DNA of 64,000 nucleotides, taken from the NCBI GenBank assembly GCA_964016885.1, contig OZ024740.1, forward strand, positions 384,958,001 to 385,022,000. The letters run 5' to 3'. Below the pieces are notes generated by a model. It was given only the letters and a program-made list of their open reading frames with translations, searched no databases and was not told where the DNA came from. Position 1 is the stretch's first letter. Each line of letters begins with the position of its first letter. This DNA comes from Eledone cirrhosa (Eukaryota). The translations under genes and the position numbers were made by a program. Below, piece after piece: positions 1 through 11,200 of the stretch.

Positions 1-268
1 CATCTTGAATGAAAAGTGAATATATAGACCTATTGTTATGCTGATGTATTTCGTACAATGCATTAACCGGCGAACCATTTTTTTAATAGCTTCATTTTCA
101 ACATAGTTTAAGGCTTGCTTTAAGAAATGTTTTAATGTTTTAATGTATATATTTCTTTTGACTAGACCATATATATATATGTGTGTGTGAACATATATAT
201 ATAACAAGAATTTAAATCGATATACAATAATTGTACCATAACCACTAGATGAAAATATGTTTGAGTGT

Positions 269-551
<283 letters not shown>

Positions 552-1159
552 ATATATATATATATATATATATATAAGTTAAAATAATGAAATAAAAAAT
601 CAAGTCATGAGAAATATACTTCACTGCTTTACGATCGTTTCTAGGTGATGATAATACATCGTAACTATACATCGATATCGATCTATGTAAGGTTAATTAC
701 AAAATATCAGATAAGGAGAATATTTACTTACATGCATATCACCAGCTGTTGTCAAAAGCAATAATAATTTAATTCAAAAATAGTAGTAAATTAGTAGTAT
801 GTTTAGTTCTATGACCTTATTTGGAGGTAGCTGAAGAACTAACCAATCAGATTGTTTTTTTCCATATGATGTTAAGATGAAAAATAATTCACTTTAGTTG
901 AGGTCATGACCTTTGAAAGGAATGGTTGAATGGTGTTAATAATAGAATTGCTATAAAAAATCTATTAAGAAGAAAGGGATTGTCAAATTGATAGTTGAAT
1001 GTATATGGTATAGTGAAATTTAAAAGGAATGTAAAAATTAAATGTTGAGTTGTGTTGTATGGAGTTTTTAGGTGAATATAAATTAAGGTCATGACTAGGA
1101 AAGATAGTATATTAAAAGATGAAAATTATAATAAGATAATGAAATACAGTAATATAATT

Positions 1160-1461
1160 CTGTCTACTTTAGGCACAAGGCCAGCAATTACCCAGTGCAA
1201 TACTGGTACTTTATTGTATCGAAACCGTAAGGATGAAAGGCAAAGTCAACCTCGGCGGGAAATACAGTAATATAATATAATTGTTTCTACTTTAGGCACA
1301 AGGCCACCAATTACCCAGTACATTACTGGTACTTTATTTTATCGAAACCGTAAGGATGAAAGGCAAAGTTAACCTCGGCGGGATTTGAACTCAGACTGTA
1401 AAGGGACGTTACTATGCTAGAAAGCATGGCTTCCAACCTTCTATCGATACTGCCAATTCAC
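1160..1461 (-). mobile_element. tRNA-derived SINE with a partial tandem duplicate (3' part 1160-1259, full copy 1281-1461)
   Basis: Reverse complement of the 17395-17585 SINE, with A box TGGCAGTATCG, B box GTTCAAATCC and central GCCTTTCATCCTTACGG-TTCGATAAAATAAAGTACCAG. The flank aaatacagtaatataat is duplicated at 1142 and 1260. Confidence 0.88.
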
Positions 1462-1833
1462 TATAATGTAACACAATATAGTACGGTGTGGTAAATTGTA
1501 CTTAGTATAATAGACCGTATGATACGCCTTAAAATACTTTCAAGTATGTCTATGTATAAATAATCAAACTCAGATAAATGCATGTTGACATAGTGAAAGC
1601 GCATAAATTTGATAGATCACAAAGTGCATATACCCACATTATAGATAGAGGTATAGTTATATTGATACTCAATTAAAAATATACATACGCATAAATAGAT
1701 GCAAATATATACATACATCTACACATGTGCACACAACCATATACACACCTATACACACATATATATATGTATGTACACACACATACATGTACACACACAC
1801 ATATCAACACTCATACACAAATACTCGCATATA

Positions 1834-1923
<90 letters not shown>

Positions 1924-2119
1924 CATATCATACATACATAGATACATATTTACACATGCAATTACGGGTGGTTGTGTACCTTGTTGCCCTTAGTCATGAA
2001 CGCATAAATCTAAGGAAGCTAAAAAATTAAAAGGTAAGTAATAAGCATGAATTCGTATAATTAGGGGAAAGGGATACTAACAAATGTTACGCTACATAGA
2101 ATTATAGTGAGATACTATT

Positions 2120-3935
2120 TAGAATATTTAATTAGGTTTATAGTATTTAAATGTTTTTCGTATACGGTGATTACAAACTATAATCAGTTCCTGTCTTTCA
2201 TTCAATAAATCGTCCTTAGATTTAGTAATTTTCAAGATCTCCCCTGAACATAACCTTCATTCTCTCCTGTTCCCAAATTATGGAGTTCTTTGTAGAATGG
2301 TGTTCCACGATAGCTTGAAATCTATTTTTCCTTTATATATGCTAAAGATGTGGTGTTAGCTAGTTTAGAATTGTTAAAACAACTAGAGTGTGCGTTAATC
2401 TTTTCTTAAATGTGTTTGATGTTGATCCTAAATATGTTTTGTTGGAGTCAGTAGTAGACACAGTGCATTTATATATTACATTATTAATCAAACACTTGCC
2501 ATTTAAGGGGCAAATGCTTCTATTTCTGCAATTACAACCATACGTAAGATGGTTGTTGGGGGTACCTATACCATTCTCATTAATCCTTAAGCTATTCCTA
2601 TTGTAATTAATGTTAGCGGGATAATGAAGGTTACTTTGTGGGTGGTTTAGTGCCAGGGTTGTATTGTGATTTTGTGTTATGTTGTTCTTGTGTTGGTGAT
2701 TTGGGTGGTTGTGTTTTCCAGGTTGAAGGATTGTATTATTTGTCCTTTTAAAAGGTGCAGTCCTATTTAAATTATGTTGTGGTGGTGTGGTCATATTATT
2801 TTTAAATTTATAAATGTTGTAGTTGCTTATTTTTTGCTGGAGATTGTTTGATGTAGAGTATGAACATTTAACAGTATATCTATTAAATATTTGGTGGTGT
2901 CTGTGGTTTGGTGGAAAATGTTTATGTAGAATTTCGAAGAATTTGGGGGGGATTTGTCCAATAGTTTGCAGGTTGAAGGGTGCGTTGTACCATGTTATAT
3001 TTCTTTTGTGGTTTTTAGTTAAGTTCTTATTACCACTTATATTAATGTGCCGTATTCTAGAAGAATTCCTATGGTTAGTATCCGTATTTGTGGAATTTGG
3101 TAAACTACGTGGTTGTATTTGGTGTTATTATTGGGTAGATTATGAGATTTTGAATGCTTGGTATTCATATGTGACTTGATTACATTGGTCATAGATCATG
3201 TAGTAATAGGTATTTGTTTCAATGGTATTTTTTGCTGTTTGTAGTTTTTGCTATGTTTTATATTTTGGTCCATAGTAGTGTTGGGGATATATGAGATGTT
3301 TTTCTTTATATCCACTTCTAGTTAAGGCCTCGTTGTTGAAGGGTACATTATTATAAAATATATCTTCATTGGAAGATAATTTAGAAAGTCTAAGAGATAT
3401 GTTATATACTAAGTTTTTGAGTATAGAGCCAGGGTGGTTAGAGCGTGCATGTACATAGTGTAGATTCTGGTTGGGTTTGTGGTAAGGTTGATAATGATTC
3501 GTAGAGAGGTCTAAGGTAACATCAAGGAAATTAGCTACTTTTGAAGTGTTTTCAAACGTGATGTTAAGGTTGTAGTAGTCCTTGAGGAATTTTCTAATTT
3601 GTTTTTTTGTTTTTCTCTATATTGGAATTGCTAAGATTGTTAGATAACAATAGACAATCATCCCAATAAAGACCACCTTTGAGGTGGGGAAAAGAGGAAT
3701 GAATATTATAGAGGAGAAATAGTCCAACGAGGTCTGTAACTTGAGCAGAGTCCATAGATCCCATCGTAATATCGAATAAGTTGTTATATGTGTTTCTTGT
3801 CCAGTGTTCTTCTTGGAAGTTTAGTAAGGTTTTTTTAGCGTGAGTTATGATATTAATTTCCTCAGTAGATAAATCCGATCTATTTCTGGCGAAGATCAGT
3901 GCTTTGTGCTAAATACTGAGTCTTGATACAATGGA
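2120..3935 (-). mobile_element. Penelope-like retroelement (Penelope/Poseidon-type), 5'-truncated and degenerate, RT plus C-terminal GIY-YIG
   Basis: Hand translation of the minus strand gives LFDITMGSMDSAQVTDLVGL, GGLYWDD, NFLDVTLDLSTNHYQPYHKPN..YVHARSNHP, RNITWYNAPF..KHFPPNHRHHQIFNRYTVKCSYS, CNCRNRSICPLNGKCL..VIYKC..YLGSTSNTFKKR and terminal LLNERQELIIVCNH. Stops and frameshifts are present. Confidence 0.92.
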
Positions 3936-3988
3936 GTTTCACCCGCTTCTCACAGGGTCATCTATGCTGATATATATACATATATGTG

Positions 3989-4027
<39 letters not shown>

Positions 4028-4366
4028 ATACGTGGAAATAATAGACAAATATATACTCATTTTTTCTTCAAAATCCCGACTGCACTTTCGCCAACTACGT
4101 TAAGAGCGATTTATGCCCTCTAGAAGTGCACCATTGCTGTGAGGTTGATAAGGCTTATCAAGATACACCTAACAAAGGACTGTTTCATTGACGCGTTTGT
4201 AACAAGTGAGAAATTCTCGAGAGGCAGAAAGAGAAATTAACACGTGATACAGTGGTCACAGAAGGGTAGTAAAGTTGGACAATAAGCGAGTATTGTATTC
4301 GCTAGAAAAAGTAGTTAGCACACGCATCGTTAACTAGACCATAGGGGAGTTCGAGTCAATATAATG

Positions 4367-4581
4367 ATTTCTAGTATAGGCACAAGGCCAGCAATTTGGG
4401 GGGAGGCGTATGTCAATTAAATCAACCCCAGCACCTTCCTGGTGCTTTATTTTATCGACCCCGTAAGGATGAAAGGCTAAGTTAACCTCGGCGGGATTTG
4501 AACTCAGATCGTAAAGGACCGTAAATCTATGAAGCAAAGCATGGTATCCAACTCTCTACCGATACTGCCAATCCACCGCCC
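4367..4581 (-). mobile_element. tRNA-derived SINE
   Basis: Same head (ggcggtggattggcagtatcgg), B box and central domain as 17395-17585, in reverse complement. Confidence 0.9.
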
Positions 4582-4708
4582 TTGAGACAATATAATAATT
4601 ATATACACACACACATATACATATGTATAAGTGTGTGTATGGTGTTCGACTTAAGAAGTTTTCCTTATATATATATATTTAATATAGAAAAGGCTTCTAC
4701 AGGAAGCC

Positions 4709-4752
4709 CTGATGATTTCTCGGGAATGAAACAGTTCTAGTCTGTAGAAGCC
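4709..4752 (+). ncRNA. Type I hammerhead ribozyme core (family B); 5' strand of helix I replaced by an inverted copy of the tail
   Basis: CTGATGA 4709-4715, helix II t-TTC-tcgg-GAA-t, GAAA 4728-4731, helix III CAG/CTG, TA at 4745-4746, then gaagcc. Homologous to 28316-28367. Confidence 0.72.
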
Positions 4753-4850
4753 TTTTCTATATTAAATATTTATACTCTGCTTTGTATTGAGTACCTTACT
4801 TATCCCCGATTGAACCCGGGTTAAACTTATATATATATATATATATATTA

Positions 4851-4890
<40 letters not shown>

Positions 4891-5065
4891 ACGAAGGAAT
4901 TGTGGTAAGGAACCAGATGGACCATAACGCACAAGAGTACTCAATACTGAGGGTAGTAGAGTGGGTAATAGGAAAAAGTATGAACCCGACGGCAGAGCTC
5001 AAGCCGATTCGACAGCTATTTCTGGACTAGAAATAGCCGTCGAAACGGCTTGAGCTCTGCCGTCG
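4891..5065 (-). mobile_element. Family A short repeat with a 37-bp fold-back over the hammerhead 3' half
   Basis: Homologous to 379-551. Arms 4987-5023 and 5029-5065 differ at 2 positions. The right arm reads GAAA-CGGC..GCCG-TC; the left arm on the minus strand has GAAT instead. Confidence 0.7.
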
Positions 5066-5195
5066 AGGTAACGTTAATAGGAAAAGTTGCCGGGCAAAAG
5101 AACAAAGGAATATAGTTTAAAAGGAAAAGAACAACATAAACGAAACAAAACGTAATATATCGTATAACAGGAGAATAAACCGTAGAGTAATACAT

Positions 5196-5347
<152 letters not shown>

Positions 5348-5420
5348 AGGAAACTCCAACCATTATGGTTGTCTTTTTTCAGGGTATGTCAATATTTATT
5401 TATATAACTAATCTGTATTG

Positions 5421-5486
5421 TATTTTATCTGATGAAAGCCCACCATAATTTGCCTTGGTGGCCCTTGAAATATGTATAATAAAATA
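5421..5486 (+). ncRNA. Type I minimal hammerhead ribozyme
   Basis: Helix I tattttat/ataaaata (8 bp), CTGATGA 5429-5435, helix II aag/ctt plus ccacca/tggtgg, GAAA 5467-5470, near-palindromic helix III tatgta, TA 5477-5478. It lies in a unit of about 170 bp between two (TA)-rich runs. Confidence 0.85.
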
Positions 5487-5540
5487 AATATGGTTTTATA
5501 AATATAGTTTCCATTTGTTAATATATTGTATATATATATG

Positions 5541-5593
<53 letters not shown>

Positions 5594-5709
5594 GGAGTCC
5601 GGACGCCATTTTTCATATTACCCACTCTACTACACTAAGTATCGAGTACTCCGGTGCGTTATGGTCCACCTGGTATCTTACCACACCTTCTTTGTTAACT
5701 TATCTCTCC

Positions 5710-5740
<31 letters not shown>

Positions 5741-5882
5741 AAAACATGAGAAGAAAGAAGAATAATGCGTGGTTTGCACATGGGTTACATATGATAAAAA
5801 TAATCCTTCGTCAGTGATTTTCCAACCATCATTGGTATTTCATCGCATTAAATATAATCGCTTTATATATATATATATATAA

Positions 5883-5885
<3 letters not shown>

Positions 5886-5946
<61 letters not shown>

Positions 5947-5997
5947 AGAAGAAGAAGAAGAAGAAGAAGAAGAAGAAGAAGAAGAAGAAGAAGAAGA
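5886..5997. repeat. Compound (GA)n then (GAA)n microsatellite
   Basis: Polypurine run seen directly. Confidence 0.95.
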
Positions 5998-6334
5998 TTA
6001 TACACTGCGGGAAATATAAATAAGAAGTATACAAAAGTATTAATGGAGTTAATAGAGCGTGGTACTTGCTGCCAGTCCTCGGCGCAAATGTCCCCTGGCA
6101 TTTTCTAACTAATTATTTTTTTAATAGGTGCTGTGTATAGACATTCTCTTTTCAAGAAAATCAACTTATCTATCTCTTTGGGCAATCTACAGATTGGAAT
6201 CAATATGTCAAGCGACTTATTGCCCGAGCAGTTCCATGTCAGGACACAATACCATTTTTGAGGCAAAAGAAAACTTATTTAAATACCGATATGCATACAT
6301 ACACACTAACGCCCACGCACACGCACACACACAT

Positions 6335-6381
<47 letters not shown>

Positions 6382-6409
6382 ACAGTGATAGAGAGAGAGA
6401 AGAAGATAG

Positions 6410-6440
<31 letters not shown>

Positions 6441-6568
6441 GATAGATATATAGATAGAGAGAGAGAGATCGTAGTAGTAATAGGTAAATCAAAGTTATAG
6501 AGCAACTCAAGTCCGTAGGGCGAGTTTCATTATAATTACAGAGTCCAGTAACTACAACGGTGCCATAC

Positions 6569-6615
6569 CAGATACGTACGTTTCATTAGCCCTGAGGACC
6601 AACTTCTTCAATCTG
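6569..6615 (-). ncRNA. Type I minimal hammerhead ribozyme with a C3-to-U core change
   Basis: Minus strand: caga-TTGAAGA-ag-ttggtcc-tca-gggctaa-t-GAAA-cgtacg-TA-tctg. Helix I caga/tctg, palindromic helix III ACGTACGT. Confidence 0.72.
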
Positions 6616-7087
6616 TGCCGATGAAAATAACCGTAAATTGTTGATTTAAAAAGGAAAATACAGAATAGGGAAAGAGAGATCCCCCAAACCAAGGCCAGAT
6701 AATCTGTTTGTCTAGCGGAGACAATCTGACTGCAAAAATCGAACAAACGATAAATTAGCTGATAATTATGAAGAAGTTAGAAAAAATCGATAGATTAAGA
6801 AAGATATAAATGAATATCAAGGAACTTAGCAACATGAGAACATCACGGGAATAAATCTATACCTGTGTTAAGTGGTTTGTTATTGTTGTGGAGATTATTA
6901 ATGCCCACAATTTTTCGTTATTGCATTATCTCCTTATTGCCTAACTCCTCATAATATCGTGGGAGCGCAGTAGTTATATCTCCTCTACAAATATGAGCCC
7001 CAGACGGCTTCTGTCAGCGAACAGAAGGAGTGGAAGAAAGGAGGCGAGAAAGAGATGTAGAAGAAGAATCGATCACATTATTTGACT

Positions 7088-7218
7088 GGCGCTTTATTCA
7101 TCGACCACAGAAGGATGAAAGGCAAAGATTACTTGGAAGAGATTTAAATTCAGAGAGCCGGAAAGAATACAGCAAAGCATCCTATTCGAAGTTCTGACGA
7201 CTCTGCCAATTTGCCACC
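7088..7218 (-). mobile_element. Degenerate tRNA-derived SINE
   Basis: Retains atcgacc..aaggatgaaaggcaaag and ctgccaatttgccacc. Confidence 0.7.
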
Positions 7219-8928
7219 TTGTTACAAATAGTTTTACTATTTAAAACTCTGTATAAGCTTTAACACAATGAAACCTACTGACTTTTAAATACTGTATTTC
7301 AAATAATGGATTAAAAGTATAGAAATTTGAATATTATTTTTAAGGAATAAATTTATTAAAATCTATTGTATAATAATATCGAACTTTAAACTTTCCATTG
7401 CATCACCGTTTGCAGCCATTGTACTTCTCATGACTGTATAACAATTAGACCTCATAATTCACATACCAGGTGGTCTCCAGATAATTATTTAGTTATGCTG
7501 GTATATCTCAGTTGTGCCTTGTAGACAAAATGGGGATGATTGAGAACCGCTATAGTTATTGACTTCAGGTTCTGAAAAATGTATCTTAACTGTGTCATGA
7601 AGCACAGACGACTCCTGCAGTAATGTGCTATTCATACGAAGACAAAAATAAAGCAATCTTTCAATTAGATCAAACGTAGTCAAATCATGATATGTGCAGA
7701 AAAGTAACAGTCTGTATGATGGTGTAGTAGAAGGAGATGTATTCTATACGGGTCGATGAGTTGTTGCGTTTCTCTCTTTCTACAGTAAAAGCTTCCAGAT
7801 ATCGACGTGGTTCGAGCTGCCAATCCCAAGGATCCCTTATGTGTCTCATTGTATTGAGGTCCCATTCACATTCATTTGGCAACCTTTACTTGACAGGCCA
7901 TAAATCACAGGGGCAGATAATTAAATACATATATGTGTCACTTCATTTTAGTTGAGATAGATATAACAACTTAATAAAAAGGGAACTCATAATATTATAA
8001 AAACATTTCTTTAATTTTTTAACGAGATTGTATGTTATTAGAATGTTAATGAATAATTTCAGTACTGAAGTAACATGTTTTTACAGTCATTATGCGTCAG
8101 AGACACTGCTTATAATTACCTCACTTTTTTCTGCTGGAATAACAATCACTGTTTTACCATCTGTGGCGTGAAGTTCAGTTGCCAATGTATCTATAGCTTT
8201 TGTTCTAGTACAGAATCTACCAGGGTGGAATACTTGGACAGTGATCTCGAACCTATCTAAAAGGAAGATAGAAAACAGAGAAGTAATTATGCATACTTAC
8301 TTCACTCCAGTTTCTCTTCAAATAGATCTGCTGCTGTGGCAATCTTATTTTTTGTATTCAAAGCTATAGTATGTTAGTTTCATTAATTCATTATTTTATA
8401 TATGTTGTTTGTGTTATATTTTCTGTTATCTTCTCTAATTAACGATTGCGTTCTAACAATCTAACAAATCAAATTTGTGTTTATACCGCAATTTTGCAAA
8501 TTAGTAGAAAAGACTCTTATGTATGTGTATATAATTGTGTATACGTGTATTTATGTGTACGTGTATATGTCTGCTTGTATGTGTGTTTGATTATGCGTGT
8601 GTGTCTGAATGCATATGTAACTGATTGTGTGTGCTTATTTGTCTGTGTGCATGTAAACGTGTGCGCGTTAATTCAAATGGAGTTATGAGAAATATCGATG
8701 AAGTTGAATAATGACTTTTCATATTGTAACATGGCCAGAATTCTGAAAAGAAAAGATGTAGTTGCTTACATCTACAGTAATTGTCTCATATTTTAAAACA
8801 TGTGTAACTGTTATTCAGAATGAAAAAGCAATATCAACGACCGGTTGAAGGGAAGAAAATATCCACAAATCTGTGACCTGTCCCGAATGCCTGCATATGA
8901 TTGGGCTCCGCTAAAGTTACCCAACAGG

Positions 8929-9090
8929 TAATGAATTGGCAGAATGATTAGACCGTTGGATAGAATGCTCTGCCGTATTCGTTCTGGCTCTCTGCTCTCC
9001 GAGTTCAAATTCAGCCGTGGTCAACTATGCCTCTCATCCTTTCGAGGTCGATCAAAAAATACCAATTTAGTACTAGAGTCAATTCTTTCT
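8929..9090 (+). mobile_element. Degenerate tRNA-derived SINE
   Basis: Head gaattggcagaat, B box gagttcaaattc, central gcctctcatcctttcgaggtcgat. Confidence 0.75.
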
Positions 9091-9659
9091 CTATATCTCT
9101 CTCTCACCTTCTCTCTCCCTTTCTCTTTCACTTTCTCTTTCACTTTCTCTCTCACTTTCTATCCATCTCTGGAAGAAATCTGATGTGTCCAAACCTGGAC
9201 AAAATTAAATGTCCAAATGTACGGCGCCCCTACGAGTTACTAGACCATATCATACCATACTAAAGTGACCCAAGAGCCAGGTCAGGGTGTTATACCTTAC
9301 GTTTACTACCTAATGTCACAAGAACCGGAAAGAACCGGAACAAAAACCGCAGGGCATCCCGCCTTACGCCCAAATGATTCCCGCTAACCCAGCATCCTAG
9401 AGTGGTTATCTATTTGTTGATGTCAGAAGGAGAGGAAACATGTTGAAATCTGTAGAATTTGCACTCTGACGGCAAGGTACCAGAATAGATGCATCCCCAG
9501 TAGCACAACCACTGTCATTATTGACAATCGCCCCCTGGTTAATTTGAACTCGGAATATTGATAACCGACAAGAAGTACTGTAAGGCATTTAATACGCCCC
9601 ACGAAAAAAATAATAAGCAGTTCGAAACAGTCACTTTTTTTTCTGATCAACATTAGATA

Positions 9660-9795
9660 CATGGTTCGATACCTGTCAGCGATTTATTTTAACTATTCCT
9701 TCATCTAGAATTAGTTGTTGCTTGGATGAATACGCAACAACTAATTCTAGATAAAGGAATAGTTAAAATAAATCGCTGACAGGTATCGAACCATG
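9660..9795. repeat. 62-bp inverted repeat with a 12-nt spacer (MITE-like or fold-back)
   Basis: Arms 9660-9721 and 9734-9795 are reverse complements with one mismatch. Confidence 0.9.
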
Positions 9796-9945
9796 ATTAA
9801 TCATATCTATGATCAAAGATGTCATTCATGAGCATCTTACCTTTTGCATTTTTTCAGTAATAATCTATCCAGATCTACATTATTCAATGTATGTTGGTGT
9901 GTTTGGTGGGAAGTTTTGGTTGCGTTCTGTAACAGTTTTATAGTT

Positions 9946-10111
9946 CAGTGGTGAGCAAAATGTGGCCTACGAGCCTCATGCGACCCGTTTGGCTCTTTCT
10001 GAATAACACGTCTTATTTCAAACTTGCCTTGAAGTTTTGTGTAGTGCGGTACGCCTTATGATGAGCCACATCCTATCCTGTCCCCTGCTGGGAAAATGTT
10101 TCCTATGCCTG
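9946..10111. mobile_element. Possible degenerate non-autonomous hAT (Charlie-like) element
   Basis: Begins cagtggtgagcaaaatgtggcc and ends aatgtttcctatgcctg, resembling the CAGgGGT...CCCTG termini of hAT MITEs. No clear 8-bp TSD. Confidence 0.4.
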
Positions 10112-11042
10112 GTATATAAGCTTCCTAGCTGACATGTTCCAGTAGAATTTATTAACATAATTGTGTCATTTCTTTATAGTTTACATAAATCTAAAAGTCT
10201 AATAAAAAAAAAAAAAAAAGGAACCCATAATATTTTGTATATAAATTTTACCAATGCTCAGACATCAACAAGCTACATATTTCATTTCAGTAGGAATGAG
10301 AATGAATAATGTTCATTTTATCTTCATGTATATATTTAATTAATCACCAATAGTACAGAACAAATTTATCACTTCTTTCTATTAAAAAGAATGAGAGGTG
10401 AGCGGGGAGCCAGCGTGGAAGAAAGAGAGCGATAGAGAGAAAGAGAGAGAGACTGCCTACAGGCAGAAACTAAACTACTAGAAATAGTTATTAAGTAGGA
10501 TCTTCTTACAGCGACTCTGGTTTCATGCTACGATCAGAAAAAGAAAGAAAAAAAAACATGAAGTGAAGAGAAAATTCAGCTTCCAGCTTTGTCTGCATCA
10601 AATTTCGACACCTTGCTGGTTTCAGCGTCCGGAGATCTCCGTAAACAATCATGTTTTATTGTTTACTTGTCTATATCTTCGATATTGGGGAAAAAAAGAT
10701 TTTTTGTAACTAGAATTAGTGAGTCCAAACTGACATAAACAAGAACCGTGTCTTATAAATGGTATTTCAATCTCTATATTCATTCAATGATACACTTTAA
10801 CATTTTAGTTATGAATAAAGACTGCTTGTTTTCTAGTGTAGTAATGACATAATCGACGACATAGTGCGCGGGTTTCTTCCTTGAGGATTATATTGATACC
10901 TTACTTTATCTTCTCATTCACGTGACATACCATTTTCCTTTTCCTGTTTCATTTATTAGAATAGTTTTCATTTCGGTATAAAAATAATTACTTATCGTTC
11001 GAATCCGGCAACAGCATGATGTTCTGTATTATGTTTACGGAA

Positions 11043-11200
11043 GCGGCGAATTGGCAGAATCGTTTAATCGCTGGATAGAATGCTTTGCGTTATTCGTTCT
11101 AACTCCCTGTGCTCTCTGAGTTCAAATCCCATCGAGGTCAACTTTGCCTTTTTTCCCTTTAGAGATCGATACAAAGGTGCCTGTCTACTACTGAGATCGA
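11043..11200 (+). mobile_element. Degenerate tRNA-derived SINE
   Basis: gcggcgaattggcagaatcg head, then gagttcaaatcccatcgaggtcaactttgcc. Confidence 0.75.

Noticed and set aside
1699-2030. ORFs rich in HT, YI, CV, LS or ER dipeptides, here and at 32714-33997, 53436-54243 and elsewhere
   Set aside because: They are translations of (CA)n, (TA)n and (GA)n microsatellites, not genes.
7400-8260. Possible host exon or transposase remnant (PNECEWDLNTMRHIRDPWDW...)
   Set aside because: No recognisable domain, stops in all frames and no supportable splice structure.
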